The notes under the pieces are model-generated. The model had not been told where the DNA came from and did not search any database. It saw only the letters and a program-made list of their open reading frames with translations. A program made the translations under genes and the position numbers. A DNA stretch of 64,000 bases from Bacteroidota bacterium (GTDB lineage Bacteria; Bacteroidota; Bacteroidia; Chitinophagales; Chitinophagaceae): contig JAEZDA010000017.1 in NCBI GenBank assembly GCA_023433345.1, positions 34,955 to 98,954 on the forward strand. Reading direction: 5' to 3'. This document shows positions 37,092 to 46,839 of the stretch, in pieces (position 1 is the first letter of the stretch; every line of letters starts with the position of its first letter).

Positions 37092-38426
37092 TTAAACCAC
37101 TATAGTCCCGCTTCTTGCGGGATTTTTTCTTTTCGCAAAGTTCAGCGTCAGGAACAATGCTATCAGGTAAAAAGGCATAGCAGGTATTTTATATCTCACC
37201 AGTGTACCAAAGTTTAAAGTAGTTGCTCCAACGAATAGCGAGAAAATTATGGCAAACATGAAACAGTAAAGAACCATCGGGCTCCTGAGTATCGTTTTTA
37301 AAAATCTGAATATCCCTGTTTTTAAGATCACATATAAGGTGAATAGCATCATTGCCAAACTCTCCAGAGATGATAGTAACGTAGATAGTTTCTTAGATTC
37401 CCAAATAAAAGGCCTGTACAATGTTGCAACAATTGCCGCCGGTGCGATTTTTATAAGGCTCATCGGGCTGCCGTCAAATTCAACGCCAAGAGAAAAGTTT
37501 GATTCAACAAGGTTTTCCTGCTGGGCATAATTTGCCTGATAGGTTTTAATTGATTTAGTGATTCCTTCTCCCGCAAATTTTCCTAATGCGGTTCCAATGG
37601 TTTCCGTGGCCTTAAAAAACCCTGCGATGCTTATTGCAAGAAAGGAAAGCACTAGCATGGCTTTTACGAGTTTGTTTTTTACCAACCTAAGGTTAGAAAG
37701 CAACAGGAAGAGGATAAAAAATGGAAGGTAGGAAACAAGAATATAGATTTTCAACACAACCAGCAGCCATCCGAAAAACGCAAAAATGAGCAGGTTTCGG
37801 AACACGTGGTTCCGCGTATAAAAAATGCTGTAAAGAGAATATGTGATCCATCCAAGCGCTCCCACACAAATCGGATCTTTTAAAATTCCCGAACTCCAAA
37901 ACACAAATGTTGGAAGGTAAAGAATTGCAATTGCAAATTGTTTACTGAGATGGGGATACTGCTCATAAAAAAACCGGTACAATCTCCAGATGCCTGAAAA
38001 CGCGATCATTGAGAATATCAGGTTTATCGACATGAAAGTTCCAAATGTGAAAAAACTCAGCACCGCTACGATACGGGTTACCATAAAGTTGCTTTCCTCT
38101 TCAAAGTATCCGGAGTTATCAATATTAGCCAGTTGAGATTGATCAAAATCTTCTCCACGCTCAAAGAGAATTGACACCTTGGAAGGATCTTTCAGTATCA
38201 TTTGCTGTATGTTCACCCCTTCAGGATAATACAACCCTGTAGTATCGCCGGGTGATATGTATAAAAGAAACATGCAAAAGCAAAAGGTTGCGAAAACCTT
38301 CACCCAGAATGCGCGGCGATGATGTTTTTTTAGTACAGGAGAAGAATAACGCTTCCTCCTGATCGAGAAAAAGACATGGAATATGAAAACCCAGATGAAG
38401 AAAACAATAAAATCTAATACATCCAT
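37092..38426 (-). CDS. Polytopic membrane protein (possible Wzy polymerase or GT-C enzyme)
   Basis: About 10 TM segments with large loops; FWSSGILKD, LYRPFIWE and NFGTLVRYK motifs; located inside the polysaccharide locus. Confidence 0.6.
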   Translation of the reverse strand: MDVLDFIVFFIWVFIFHVFFSIRRKRYSSPVLKKHHRRAFWVKVFATFCFCMFLLYISPGDTTGLYYPEGVNIQQMILKDPSKVSILFERGEDFDQSQLANIDNSGYFEEESNFMVTRIVAVLSFFTFGTFMSINLIFSMIAFSGIWRLYRFFYEQYPHLSKQFAIAILYLPTFVFWSSGILKDPICVGALGWITYSLYSIFYTRNHVFRNLLIFAFFGWLLVVLKIYILVSYLPFFILFLLLSNLRLVKNKLVKAMLVLSFLAISIAGFFKATETIGTALGKFAGEGITKSIKTYQANYAQQENLVESNFSLGVEFDGSPMSLIKIAPAAIVATLYRPFIWESKKLSTLLSSLESLAMMLFTLYVILKTGIFRFLKTILRSPMVLYCFMFAIIFSLFVGATTLNFGTLVRYKIPAMPFYLIALFLTLNFAKRKNPARSGTIVV

Positions 38427-38527
38427 CGGGAAGCAATAAGCAGTTAAAATCTGTCCGGAACAAATTTATCTTAAAAACTCATCTGCCATTCAGGAATATA
38501 CAGTTATTTTGTTTAAACTGATCGTGC

Positions 38528-40369
38528 ATGTGCGGCATTGCCGGGGCTATAAATTTTCAACTTCCTTTTGATACCCTACGTGAAAGAATGTTTCATCGCG
38601 GCCCTGATGAGCAGAATAGCTTCATGGATGGAAATGTCGGCTTTTATCATCTTCGTCTATCCATTCTCGATATCTCCGGCGGTTGCCAGCCTATGCATTT
38701 AAGCGACCGTTTTACAATAATTTTCAATGGACAAATTTACAATCATGCTGAGCTGAGAAAGATCCACGGATTAAAGGGCAAAAGCTACTCCGATACGGAA
38801 ACCCTTTTGTTGCTTTATGAAAGGTTTGGTAAAGAAATGCTCCACTTGCTGGATGGCATGTTCGTTTTTGCAATTTATGATAATCAAAACAGAGAGGTCT
38901 TTATTGCGCGCGACCGTGCAGGAAAAAAACCTCTCTACATTTTTAATGATCAGAATAAAGTGGTTTTTGCCAGTGAACTAAATGCATTGAAAGCGATGTT
39001 GCCGCTTGAGATGGAGCAAAAGAATTTCCCACACTATTTCCGTTTAGGTGTTTTTTACAGGCATTTCACTCCTTACAAAAATGTGAGAGAGATGGAGGCC
39101 GGCACATGGATCGTTTTTAAATGTGATTCGCTTGAATTGCAGAGTGAGAGATGGTGGAATATTCATGATCACTATATGAAAAGGCAAAGCGATGATCTGC
39201 CTGCTGCAATGGCGAAAACAGATTCACTGTTGCAGGAAGCCGTAAAGAGCAGGCTTGCTTCCAGCGATCTTGAAGTTGGATGTTTCCTTAGTGGCGGAAT
39301 CGACAGCGGTCTTACTACGGCTATTGCAAGCAGCATCAACCACAACCTGAAAACCTTTACGGTATCATTTCCCGGGGCCTATAACGAGGCTCCGCTTGCA
39401 AAACTGGTCTCCGAAAAATACGGCACCCAACATACGGAGATAGAACTTTCATTTGACCATTTGCGCGATGACGTGGAAAAGGTCATCATGAATTATGGAG
39501 AACCGTTTTTTGACAGTTCCGCGATACCTTCTTTTTATGTTTCGCGGGAGGCAAAAAAGCATCTTACTGTGATATTGAATGGAGATGGCGCCGATGAGTT
39601 ATTCGGGGGTTACAGGCGCTACGTTCCTTTCGCTAAATATGATTTTTTTTCAAAGCCTGGAATACTTACAAATGCCGCAAAGTTCGTTTCCGGTGTTCTG
39701 CCTCCTCCGTCAGATAAAAAAGCATATTACAATTTCGCATACAGATTGTTCGAACTTGCTTCGAAGAAAGATGTGGGGATTTATTTTTCAGCCGGCCTTG
39801 ATATTTTTGAGGGCTTTGAAAAGCATCTCCTTCACAAAAACCCGCAGGATGTTGAAAATATTCGCCGCGATTTTTTTAAGATCACTTCTTCTGAAATGAG
39901 TGGACTGAAGAAGATCATGAATATGGATTTTGACACTAACCTCTTCAGCGATCTTCTGGTGAAAATGGACATAGCCACTATGGCGAATTCACTTGAAGGC
40001 AGGAGTCCTTTTCTTTCAAAAGATTTACTGGAATACGTGCCCGGCCTGAACGACGATCTTAAAATTCGCGGAGCCACAACCAAGTTTCTATTAAGAAATT
40101 TGGCGAAGAAGTATTTACCTGCAAACCTTATTGATCAACCTAAACGTGGTTTTGAAGTGCCTTTAAAGAATTGGGTGAATGGCGAACTTCGATCAGTGAT
40201 CGGGGACTATCTTGTCTCACCATCGGCCTTGCATCCTTCTTTTGTTGATAAAAAGTTCACTCAGAGCTTACTCGACTCACGGCATCGCGTACCCGAGGAG
40301 AAGCGAGCTAAAATGCTGTGGACATTGTTTTGCCTTGAAGTTTGGTATAAAAACATATATCTCTCTTGA
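38528..40369 (+). CDS. asnB: Asparagine synthase-like glutamine amidotransferase, paralogue 2
   Basis: MCGIAG, HRGPD, FLSGGIDS, GDGADELFGGY and KMDIATMANSLEGRSPFL. Confidence 0.9.
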   Translation: MCGIAGAINFQLPFDTLRERMFHRGPDEQNSFMDGNVGFYHLRLSILDISGGCQPMHLSDRFTIIFNGQIYNHAELRKIHGLKGKSYSDTETLLLLYERFGKEMLHLLDGMFVFAIYDNQNREVFIARDRAGKKPLYIFNDQNKVVFASELNALKAMLPLEMEQKNFPHYFRLGVFYRHFTPYKNVREMEAGTWIVFKCDSLELQSERWWNIHDHYMKRQSDDLPAAMAKTDSLLQEAVKSRLASSDLEVGCFLSGGIDSGLTTAIASSINHNLKTFTVSFPGAYNEAPLAKLVSEKYGTQHTEIELSFDHLRDDVEKVIMNYGEPFFDSSAIPSFYVSREAKKHLTVILNGDGADELFGGYRRYVPFAKYDFFSKPGILTNAAKFVSGVLPPPSDKKAYYNFAYRLFELASKKDVGIYFSAGLDIFEGFEKHLLHKNPQDVENIRRDFFKITSSEMSGLKKIMNMDFDTNLFSDLLVKMDIATMANSLEGRSPFLSKDLLEYVPGLNDDLKIRGATTKFLLRNLAKKYLPANLIDQPKRGFEVPLKNWVNGELRSVIGDYLVSPSALHPSFVDKKFTQSLLDSRHRVPEEKRAKMLWTLFCLEVWYKNIYLS

Positions 40370-41478
40370 AGAAAATCGCCATTATAGAAAATAATATCAT
40401 CGCAACAAACACCATCAGGAAGGCTTTGGTGGAAAGTCTGTTAAAGGCAGGAAACGATGTTTATATTTTAACTACAGGTTCTGAGGAAGGTCTACAATTA
40501 GCCCGGGACAGCGGGTTTAATGTGATTGATATTAAAGCAAGCACCCAGCATCCGGCAGAAATATTCAATTATGCGAAAAATCTCAGATCGGTTTTAAGGG
40601 AAATAAAACCAGATGTGGTGCTAACTTTCACTATACGGCCCGCCATTTGGGGCAACCTTGTTACCCGGTTGCTGAAAATTCCTACTATAACTAATATTAC
40701 GGGAATAGGTCCATTGTTTGAGCGGAGTAATATTGCCTACCGGGCTGCACGCTTACTCTACAGGTTTGTTCTTAAAAATACCGCCCACGTTTTTTTTCAG
40801 AATTACGACGATATGGAGATTTTCATTTCCCGGCGATTCGTGAAAGAAAACCGCGCAGAAAGGATCCCCGGTTCAGGTGTAGACGGCAATTTCTATTCAC
40901 CAATGAACCTGAAACAAAATGAGAGGTTTACTTTTCTTTTCATAAGCCGCCTGGTAAAAGATAAAGGGATAAATGAATTTATTGAGGCTGCTAAAATTCT
41001 CCACGATAACATTCAGAACTGCGATTTTCAGGTGATCGGTCCGCTGTGGGAGCAAAACCTGAAAGACAATACGATTACAAAAGAAGATGTGGCGAGGTGG
41101 AAGCAAGAAGGTATAGTGGACTACCTCGGAGAGAAGAAGGATGTGCGACCATTCATATCCGCAGCGCATTGCATTGTTCTGCCATCATACCGCGAGGGAA
41201 CAAGTAACGTGTTATTGGAGGCCTCAGCGATGGAGAGACCTTCAGTAACCTGTAACACTACAGGCTGCAGGGAGATTATTGAACATGGTGTCACCGGTTT
41301 TCTTTGTAAACCGCGCGATGCAAAAGACCTTGCGGAAAAAATGAAGATGATGTACGATCTTGACCAATCGGAGCGTTTGAAAATGGGCCAAAATGCAAGA
41401 AAAAAAGTGATTTCTGAATTCAGCAAACAAAAGGTGATTGATGCTTATTTAAACGCCATTGAAAAAGTTACGTCATGA
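40366..41478 (+). CDS. Glycosyltransferase family 4 (PglA/CapM-like)
   Basis: IPGSGVD, RLVKDKGINEF and LPSYREGTSNVLLEA; TTG start overlapping the asnB stop. Confidence 0.9.
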   Translation: MKKIAIIENNIIATNTIRKALVESLLKAGNDVYILTTGSEEGLQLARDSGFNVIDIKASTQHPAEIFNYAKNLRSVLREIKPDVVLTFTIRPAIWGNLVTRLLKIPTITNITGIGPLFERSNIAYRAARLLYRFVLKNTAHVFFQNYDDMEIFISRRFVKENRAERIPGSGVDGNFYSPMNLKQNERFTFLFISRLVKDKGINEFIEAAKILHDNIQNCDFQVIGPLWEQNLKDNTITKEDVARWKQEGIVDYLGEKKDVRPFISAAHCIVLPSYREGTSNVLLEASAMERPSVTCNTTGCREIIEHGVTGFLCKPRDAKDLAEKMKMMYDLDQSERLKMGQNARKKVISEFSKQKVIDAYLNAIEKVTS

Positions 41479-42380
41479 GCTTCGCCACTTTATCAATAGA
41501 TTGGGAAGACTTTGGCCAGTTGTATGGAATGTATCATTATGGTGATATCACTGAGCCTGTGGGCGGTGCAATTGAAAGGCAAACCGCGATCATGTTGGAA
41601 ATGCTTGGTAAAAGAAATGTGAAGGCAACCTTTTTCATACTGGGAATGCTGGCACGGGCTCGTCCTGCATTGGTAAAGGCTATTCGGGAAGCAGGCCATG
41701 AAATAGCATTGCATGGGCAAAATCACCGCGCGATGTTCACGCTTTCACCTAAGGCTGCGGAAGCCGACCTGAGGGAAAATTATGATGTTGTTTCACAGAT
41801 AACTGGCGAAAAAGTTTTTGGATACAGGGCTCCTTTCTTCTCCATTAACGAAACGAATTTATATGTCCTGGAAATTCTTGCGGATCTTGGCCTTACATAC
41901 GACAGTAGCATTTTTCCAAAGAAAATGAGCAGATATGGCATCGCGGGTTTTTCAGAATCTGATTGCCTCTATTCGCTCCCCGGTGGAAAGGAACTGGTTG
42001 AATTACCACTCACCCTGGCTCATTACTATGGAAAACAATGGCCGGTTTCAGGAGGAGGATACATCCGGTTAATGCCAAAACCTTTGGTTGACAAGGTTTT
42101 CAACGATCTTCGGCAATCGAACAGAGGTTCGATGATCTACATGCACCCGTATGAATTTGACACGCAAAAAATCAGTGTGGCTTCAAATTATCCGCCGGGC
42201 GAATCGCGCAAAACGGTAAAGGTTCATGCATTAAATTTGCGCTGGAATATTTTCCGCAATTCTGTGGTCAGGAAAATTGAAAGCCTTCTTGATTCACACC
42301 AATTCATCACTTGTTTAGAAAAAGCTGACAATGTCAAAAAAAATGGAATCCGTGCAGAGCTATTGGGATGCACGCAGTGA
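41475..42380 (+). CDS. Polysaccharide deacetylase family protein
   Basis: SIDWED, KATFFILG, HEIALHG, GYRAPFFS, YDSS and YMHPYE. Confidence 0.88.
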   Translation: MSFATLSIDWEDFGQLYGMYHYGDITEPVGGAIERQTAIMLEMLGKRNVKATFFILGMLARARPALVKAIREAGHEIALHGQNHRAMFTLSPKAAEADLRENYDVVSQITGEKVFGYRAPFFSINETNLYVLEILADLGLTYDSSIFPKKMSRYGIAGFSESDCLYSLPGGKELVELPLTLAHYYGKQWPVSGGGYIRLMPKPLVDKVFNDLRQSNRGSMIYMHPYEFDTQKISVASNYPPGESRKTVKVHALNLRWNIFRNSVVRKIESLLDSHQFITCLEKADNVKKNGIRAELLGCTQ

Positions 42381-42966
42381 ACTATTTGGAAATTATTATA
42401 AAAAACCTTCCTCCTTCGACAGAATTTTTCGCAAAGGGGTTTATGAAAGACAGGCCATTGCAGTGAAAGCATGCAAGGATATTCCCGGCGCAACGGTGCT
42501 GGACGTGGGCTCAGGCCCGGGAGTTAACAGCGTGTCAATGATAAAAAATGCAGGCGCTTCCCATGTTTTTGGGCTGGATTTCGCACAACACATGATCGAC
42601 TATGCCAAGGCTACAGCAAAAGAAGAAGGTGTGGCAGAGCAGTGTACTTTTGAGCTTGGCGATATTCTCACCTACGATTTTAAGGGAAAGAAGTTCGATT
42701 ATGCGTGTGCGTTAGGCGTATTTGACTATGTGGAAGAATCTGCAAAATTGGTTAAACGTATGAACGAGCTCACCACGCGCTCCTTTATGGCTTCCTGGCC
42801 TGAGAATGGCGTGAGAATGGCCCTTCGACGGTACCGGTATACTTGCCCTTTGTTTCATTATACCGAAGATCAGATCATCGGGCTTCATAAAGACGCCGGA
42901 GTGCCTGCCGATAATATTGAAATATTCAGGATAGGCGGAGGCTGGGCGACAGTGGCGCATAAATAA
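42331..42966 (+). CDS. Class I SAM-dependent methyltransferase
   Basis: VLDVGSGPG, GLDFAQHMI and LGVFDY. Confidence 0.85.
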   Translation: MSKKMESVQSYWDARSELFGNYYKKPSSFDRIFRKGVYERQAIAVKACKDIPGATVLDVGSGPGVNSVSMIKNAGASHVFGLDFAQHMIDYAKATAKEEGVAEQCTFELGDILTYDFKGKKFDYACALGVFDYVEESAKLVKRMNELTTRSFMASWPENGVRMALRRYRYTCPLFHYTEDQIIGLHKDAGVPADNIEIFRIGGGWATVAHK

Positions 42967-42972
42967 TTCTTC

Positions 42973-43590
42973 ATGATCATTATCGGCTATTCAGGTCATT
43001 CCTTCGTTGCCTGCAGTGTTTTAAATGCTATGGGAAAGGTTGTGACATCATATTGCGATTATGAAGAGAAAGAATTGAATCCTTATGGTCTTACATTTCT
43101 CGGGCCTGAAAGCACAACGGAAGCGCATGAAGCAATTATTAAATCAGAATTTTTTATTGGTGTTGGCGATAACAGGATCAGGAAGAAGGTTTTTGAGCGT
43201 TTCGCAGGGTTTGAAAAATTTCCTGTAAATGCGCTTCATCCATCAGCTATTATTGATCAACGTGTTCATCTGGGAAAGTTTGGCGTTTTGATATGTGCCG
43301 GAACCATCGTAAATGCTCTTGCCCATATAGAAGATGGAGCGATTTGCAATACAGGGTGTATAATTGAACATGAATGTTATGTAGGAAGGTTTGCGCATAT
43401 TGGTCCGGGTGCCGTACTTTGCGGCAATGTGAAGGTTGGGGAAGGAAGTTTTGTTGGAGCAGCTTCAGTGATCAGGCAGGGCGTGAAGATCGGTGCATTC
43501 GCTACAATAGGCGCCGGCGCAGTAGTTCTGAAAGATGTGGCCGATAATGAGGTTGTGGTAGGCAATCCTTCGCGTTATTTAAAATCCTAA
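42973..43590 (+). CDS. NeuD/PglD-family sugar acetyltransferase
   Basis: IIGYSGH, GVGDNRIR, hexapeptide repeats, NTGCIIEHEC and VVGNP. Confidence 0.9.
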   Translation: MIIIGYSGHSFVACSVLNAMGKVVTSYCDYEEKELNPYGLTFLGPESTTEAHEAIIKSEFFIGVGDNRIRKKVFERFAGFEKFPVNALHPSAIIDQRVHLGKFGVLICAGTIVNALAHIEDGAICNTGCIIEHECYVGRFAHIGPGAVLCGNVKVGEGSFVGAASVIRQGVKIGAFATIGAGAVVLKDVADNEVVVGNPSRYLKS

Positions 43591-43603
43591 TTAAAATGTT
43601 TAT

Positions 43604-44575
43604 ATGAAGGTATTGGTTACAGGCGGGGCAGGATATATTGGTTCGGTGCTCGTGAGGCAGTTGCTTAACAAAGGTTTTCGTGTACGCGTAATAGATAGTT
43701 TGAAGTTTGGCGGAGATGCACTTTATGATGTTATGCTTGATCCCAACTTCGAATTCGTTCTGGGCGATATCAGGAATAAGGAGGATTTGAAAAATGCTTT
43801 GAAAGATATTGACGCCGTTGCTCATCTCGCGGCCATAGTAGGCGACCCGGCCTGCAAAAAATATAGTGAAGAGGCTAAAGAAACGAATTGGGAAGGCAGT
43901 GTGCTTCTTTTTAATGAGGCTGAAAAAGCAGGCTGCAAGCGATTTGTATTTGCAAGTACATGCAGCAATTATGGGAAGATGCCTGATCCTGAAAGTTTTG
44001 TCACTGAAAATTCAGACCTCAATCCGATCTCTCTGTACGCAGAACTCAAAGTAAAGTTTGAAAAATTTCTTCTTGAGGAAAAAAAGAATTCGCCGATGTG
44101 CAGCACCTCTTTACGGTTCAGCACCGTTTACGGGTTTTCACCGCGCATAAGATTTGATCTCACAGTAAATGAATTCACGCGTAATGCCGCAATTAATGGC
44201 GAACAGGAAATTTGGGGCGCTCAATTCTGGAGGCCCTATTGCCACGTGGATGATCTTGCCCGTGCAGTGATCCTGGTTCTTGAAAGCCCGGTGGAAAAGG
44301 TGAAAGCGAATGTTTTCAACGTAGGAAGCACTGAAGAAAATTATAACAAGGGCATGATAATAGACGAGGTATGCAATGTAGTGCCGAACGTAAAGGTTAA
44401 CTATGTGGAAAGCACTGAAGATCCGCGTGATTACCGCGTGAACTTTGAAAAGATCAAAAATGAACTCGGTTATTCTATTACTAAAAAAGTTCCGGACGGT
44501 GTTCGTGAGATCTATAAACTGATAAAAACAGGTATAGTCACCGATTCCTTCGCACAGAAGTTCAGGAATATCTGA
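43604..44575 (+). CDS. NAD-dependent sugar epimerase/dehydratase
   Basis: VTGGAGYIGS, HLAAIVGDPAC, STCSNYG and YAELK. Confidence 0.9.
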   Translation: MKVLVTGGAGYIGSVLVRQLLNKGFRVRVIDSLKFGGDALYDVMLDPNFEFVLGDIRNKEDLKNALKDIDAVAHLAAIVGDPACKKYSEEAKETNWEGSVLLFNEAEKAGCKRFVFASTCSNYGKMPDPESFVTENSDLNPISLYAELKVKFEKFLLEEKKNSPMCSTSLRFSTVYGFSPRIRFDLTVNEFTRNAAINGEQEIWGAQFWRPYCHVDDLARAVILVLESPVEKVKANVFNVGSTEENYNKGMIIDEVCNVVPNVKVNYVESTEDPRDYRVNFEKIKNELGYSITKKVPDGVREIYKLIKTGIVTDSFAQKFRNI

Positions 44576-44581
44576 TCGCCG

Positions 44582-44605
44582 ATCCCCGCTAAGCCGGGGA
44601 TTTTT
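44582..44605 (+). terminator. Possible intrinsic terminator inside the polysaccharide locus
   Basis: ATCCCCG-CTAAGC-CGGGGAT followed by TTTT. Confidence 0.55.
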
Positions 44606-44651
44606 AATAATATTGCCGCGGCTTTCACGTTAAATTGATTAAAGGTAGATC

Positions 44652-45782
44652 ATGGTTTTACTCAGCGGGCCGAATATGGACGGCAATGAATGGAAATATG
44701 TAAAAGACTGCCTTGATACCGGCTGGGTAAGCAGCGTCGGCGCCTACGTAGATCAGTTTGAGAAAATGTCTGCAACCTTTGCGGGAACTTCATTTGCTGT
44801 TGCAACGAGCAGTGGAACCACTGCACTTCACACATGCCTGATAATGGAAGGCGTGGGCGAGAACGACCTTGTCATTACACAGAACATCACTTTCATTGCC
44901 ACATTAAACTCAATTTGCTACACCGGCGCACGGCCTGTGCTGATTGATACTGACGAACTCACCTGGCAAATGGATCTTGATCTTCTGGAGAAATTTCTTG
45001 GCGAGGAAACGCGGCAGGAAAACGGAGAATGTGTTCACAAACTCTCCGGGAAAAGAATTCCTGTAATCATGCCCGTTCATGTGTTAGGGAACATGTGTGA
45101 TATGGACAGGCTGATGAAAATAGCTAATGAACATAAGCTCGTTGTTATCGAAGATTCCACGGAAGCTCTGGGAAGCTATTACAAAGAAAAGCATGCCGGT
45201 AGTTTCGGGAAGATGGGAACATTCAGTTACAATGGTAACAAGATCATTACAACCGGCGGTGGCGGCATGATAGTTACTTCTGATGAAGCGCTTGCAAAAC
45301 GGGCAAAGCACCTCACCACCCAGGCGAAAAGCGATCCCTTTGAATATTATCATGATGAGATCGGTTACAACTACAGGTTGGTGAATGTTGGAGCTGCTAT
45401 GGGAGTTGCACAAATGGAACAACTTCCTTCATTTCTCCAAAAGAAAAAGGAAATTATCGGGTTTTATAAATCAGCACTGGATCAGGTGGGCGATATCACC
45501 TTTCAAAAAGTTGAAAAAGATGTGAACCCCAACTGGTGGCTCCCTACCATAAAAACAACGAAACAAAAAGAAGTGCTCAAAGCTCTTAACGATGAAAAAT
45601 TACAGAGCAGGCCTTTTTGGGTGCCGATGAACCAACTGCCAATGTTTGGCAAGGATATCTACATTACGGAAAACGATCGTTCTGATTTTATTTACAGGCA
45701 TTGCCTTAGTATTCCCTGCTCAACAAATATTAAGGACGAAGAAATGGAACGCGTGGTGAAAACAATTAAATCTGTTTTTTAA
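44652..45782 (+). CDS. LegC-like DegT/DnrJ aminotransferase
   Basis: GNEWKYVKDCLDTGWVSSVG, EDSTEALGS, SYNGNKIITTGGGG and HDEIGYNYRL. Confidence 0.9.
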   Translation: MVLLSGPNMDGNEWKYVKDCLDTGWVSSVGAYVDQFEKMSATFAGTSFAVATSSGTTALHTCLIMEGVGENDLVITQNITFIATLNSICYTGARPVLIDTDELTWQMDLDLLEKFLGEETRQENGECVHKLSGKRIPVIMPVHVLGNMCDMDRLMKIANEHKLVVIEDSTEALGSYYKEKHAGSFGKMGTFSYNGNKIITTGGGGMIVTSDEALAKRAKHLTTQAKSDPFEYYHDEIGYNYRLVNVGAAMGVAQMEQLPSFLQKKKEIIGFYKSALDQVGDITFQKVEKDVNPNWWLPTIKTTKQKEVLKALNDEKLQSRPFWVPMNQLPMFGKDIYITENDRSDFIYRHCLSIPCSTNIKDEEMERVVKTIKSVF

Positions 45783-45784
45783 GG

Positions 45785-46459
45785 ATGTACAGGATAGTGA
45801 AGAGGTTTTTGGATATCATTCTTGCTGTTTTGGCAATTATTATCCTTCTGCCGCTATTCCTAACCGTTAGTATCATACTTGCTTTCACCGGAGAAAAGGA
45901 GATCTTCTATTTCCAAAAACGGGTTGGCTTTAAGAACCGCTCTTTTTTCATCTGGAAATTTGCCACCATGGTAAAGAATAGCCCGAATATCGGCACAGGG
46001 GAAATAACCTTGCGTAATGATCCCAGGGTTACGCCATTTGGCAGGTTTTTGAGGAGGACCAAGATCAATGAATTGCCACAGGTATTTAATGTTTTGAAAG
46101 GAGACATGAGCATTGTAGGTCCGCGGCCACTCATGCAGGTGAGTTTTGATCTGTTTGATGAAGAAACGAAAAGAAACATCTACAAGGTCAGGCCTGGTAT
46201 CACGGGTATCGCTTCCCTTGTTTTCAGAGATGAGGAAAAGATCCTTTCTGCTGCAGACGACCCGAAACTGATGTACCGTTCCATTTATCCCTATAAAGCT
46301 TCACTGGAAACCTGGTACAGCCGCAATATGTCCTTTTCCACCGATGTATTGATCATTTTCATGACGGCATGGTCGATCTTCTTTCCTCCATCTCCGGAAA
46401 AGATCGATGCAGTGTTCAAAGGCCTGCCGCCAAGAGTGGGGTTTTCAGGCTCCTTATAA
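45785..46459 (+). CDS. Initiating phosphoglycosyl transferase (bacterial sugar transferase)
   Basis: KRFLDI, KFATM, DPRVT, NELPQVFNVLKGDMSIVGPRP and PGITG. Confidence 0.92.
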   Translation: MYRIVKRFLDIILAVLAIIILLPLFLTVSIILAFTGEKEIFYFQKRVGFKNRSFFIWKFATMVKNSPNIGTGEITLRNDPRVTPFGRFLRRTKINELPQVFNVLKGDMSIVGPRPLMQVSFDLFDEETKRNIYKVRPGITGIASLVFRDEEKILSAADDPKLMYRSIYPYKASLETWYSRNMSFSTDVLIIFMTAWSIFFPPSPEKIDAVFKGLPPRVGFSGSL

Positions 46460-46786
46460 TGGATGCAGAACGAATCGCACGAGGCCTAATATTTTGAAGT
46501 TTGCATATGGATCAACTTCCAGTGGCGAAAAATAATTTCCACCACTTAATAAACGTATCTTTTTTCCATAGCGTTCGATTCGCCTCACCAAAAGGGTTCC
46601 TTCCAAAAGCGCAATTATTATTTTTCCATTCACCTCGGTAAAGTTTTCTTCCACAACAAGTATATCACCATCCTTTATACCGTCAGCAACCATTGATGAA
46701 CCTTGCATTTTTAAAAGGCGGGTTGATGAATTTGATGATGCCAATTCTTTATTTATCGTATGTGTTATTTCAGATATAGGAGTCAT
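46454..46786 (-). CDS. UmuD'-like S24-family protein (no N-terminal arm; catalytic Lys apparently replaced by Arg)
   Basis: QGSSMVADGIKDGDILVV, GKIIIALLEGTLLVRRI and ILGLV match the S24/UmuD core. Confidence 0.75.
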   Translation of the reverse strand: MTPISEITHTINKELASSNSSTRLLKMQGSSMVADGIKDGDILVVEENFTEVNGKIIIALLEGTLLVRRIERYGKKIRLLSGGNYFSPLEVDPYANFKILGLVRFVLHPL

Positions 46787-46797
46787 AAGATAAGTTC

Positions 46798-46820
46798 ATT
46801 TGCTAAAAATATTAGCAAAT
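46798..46820. promoter_or_regulatory. Palindromic operator ATTTGCTAA-N5-TTAGCAAAT (candidate Bacteroidota SOS box)
   Basis: Perfect 9-bp arms in the 53-bp spacer between divergent DNA-repair-type genes, 5 bp upstream of a TACTTTTG -7 element (46826-46833). Confidence 0.75.
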
Positions 46821-46839
46821 CTATCTACTTTTGCAATGA

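Noticed and set aside
46454..46786. Calling the S24 protein LexA
   Set aside because: It has no N-terminal DNA-binding domain and no Ala-Gly cleavage site
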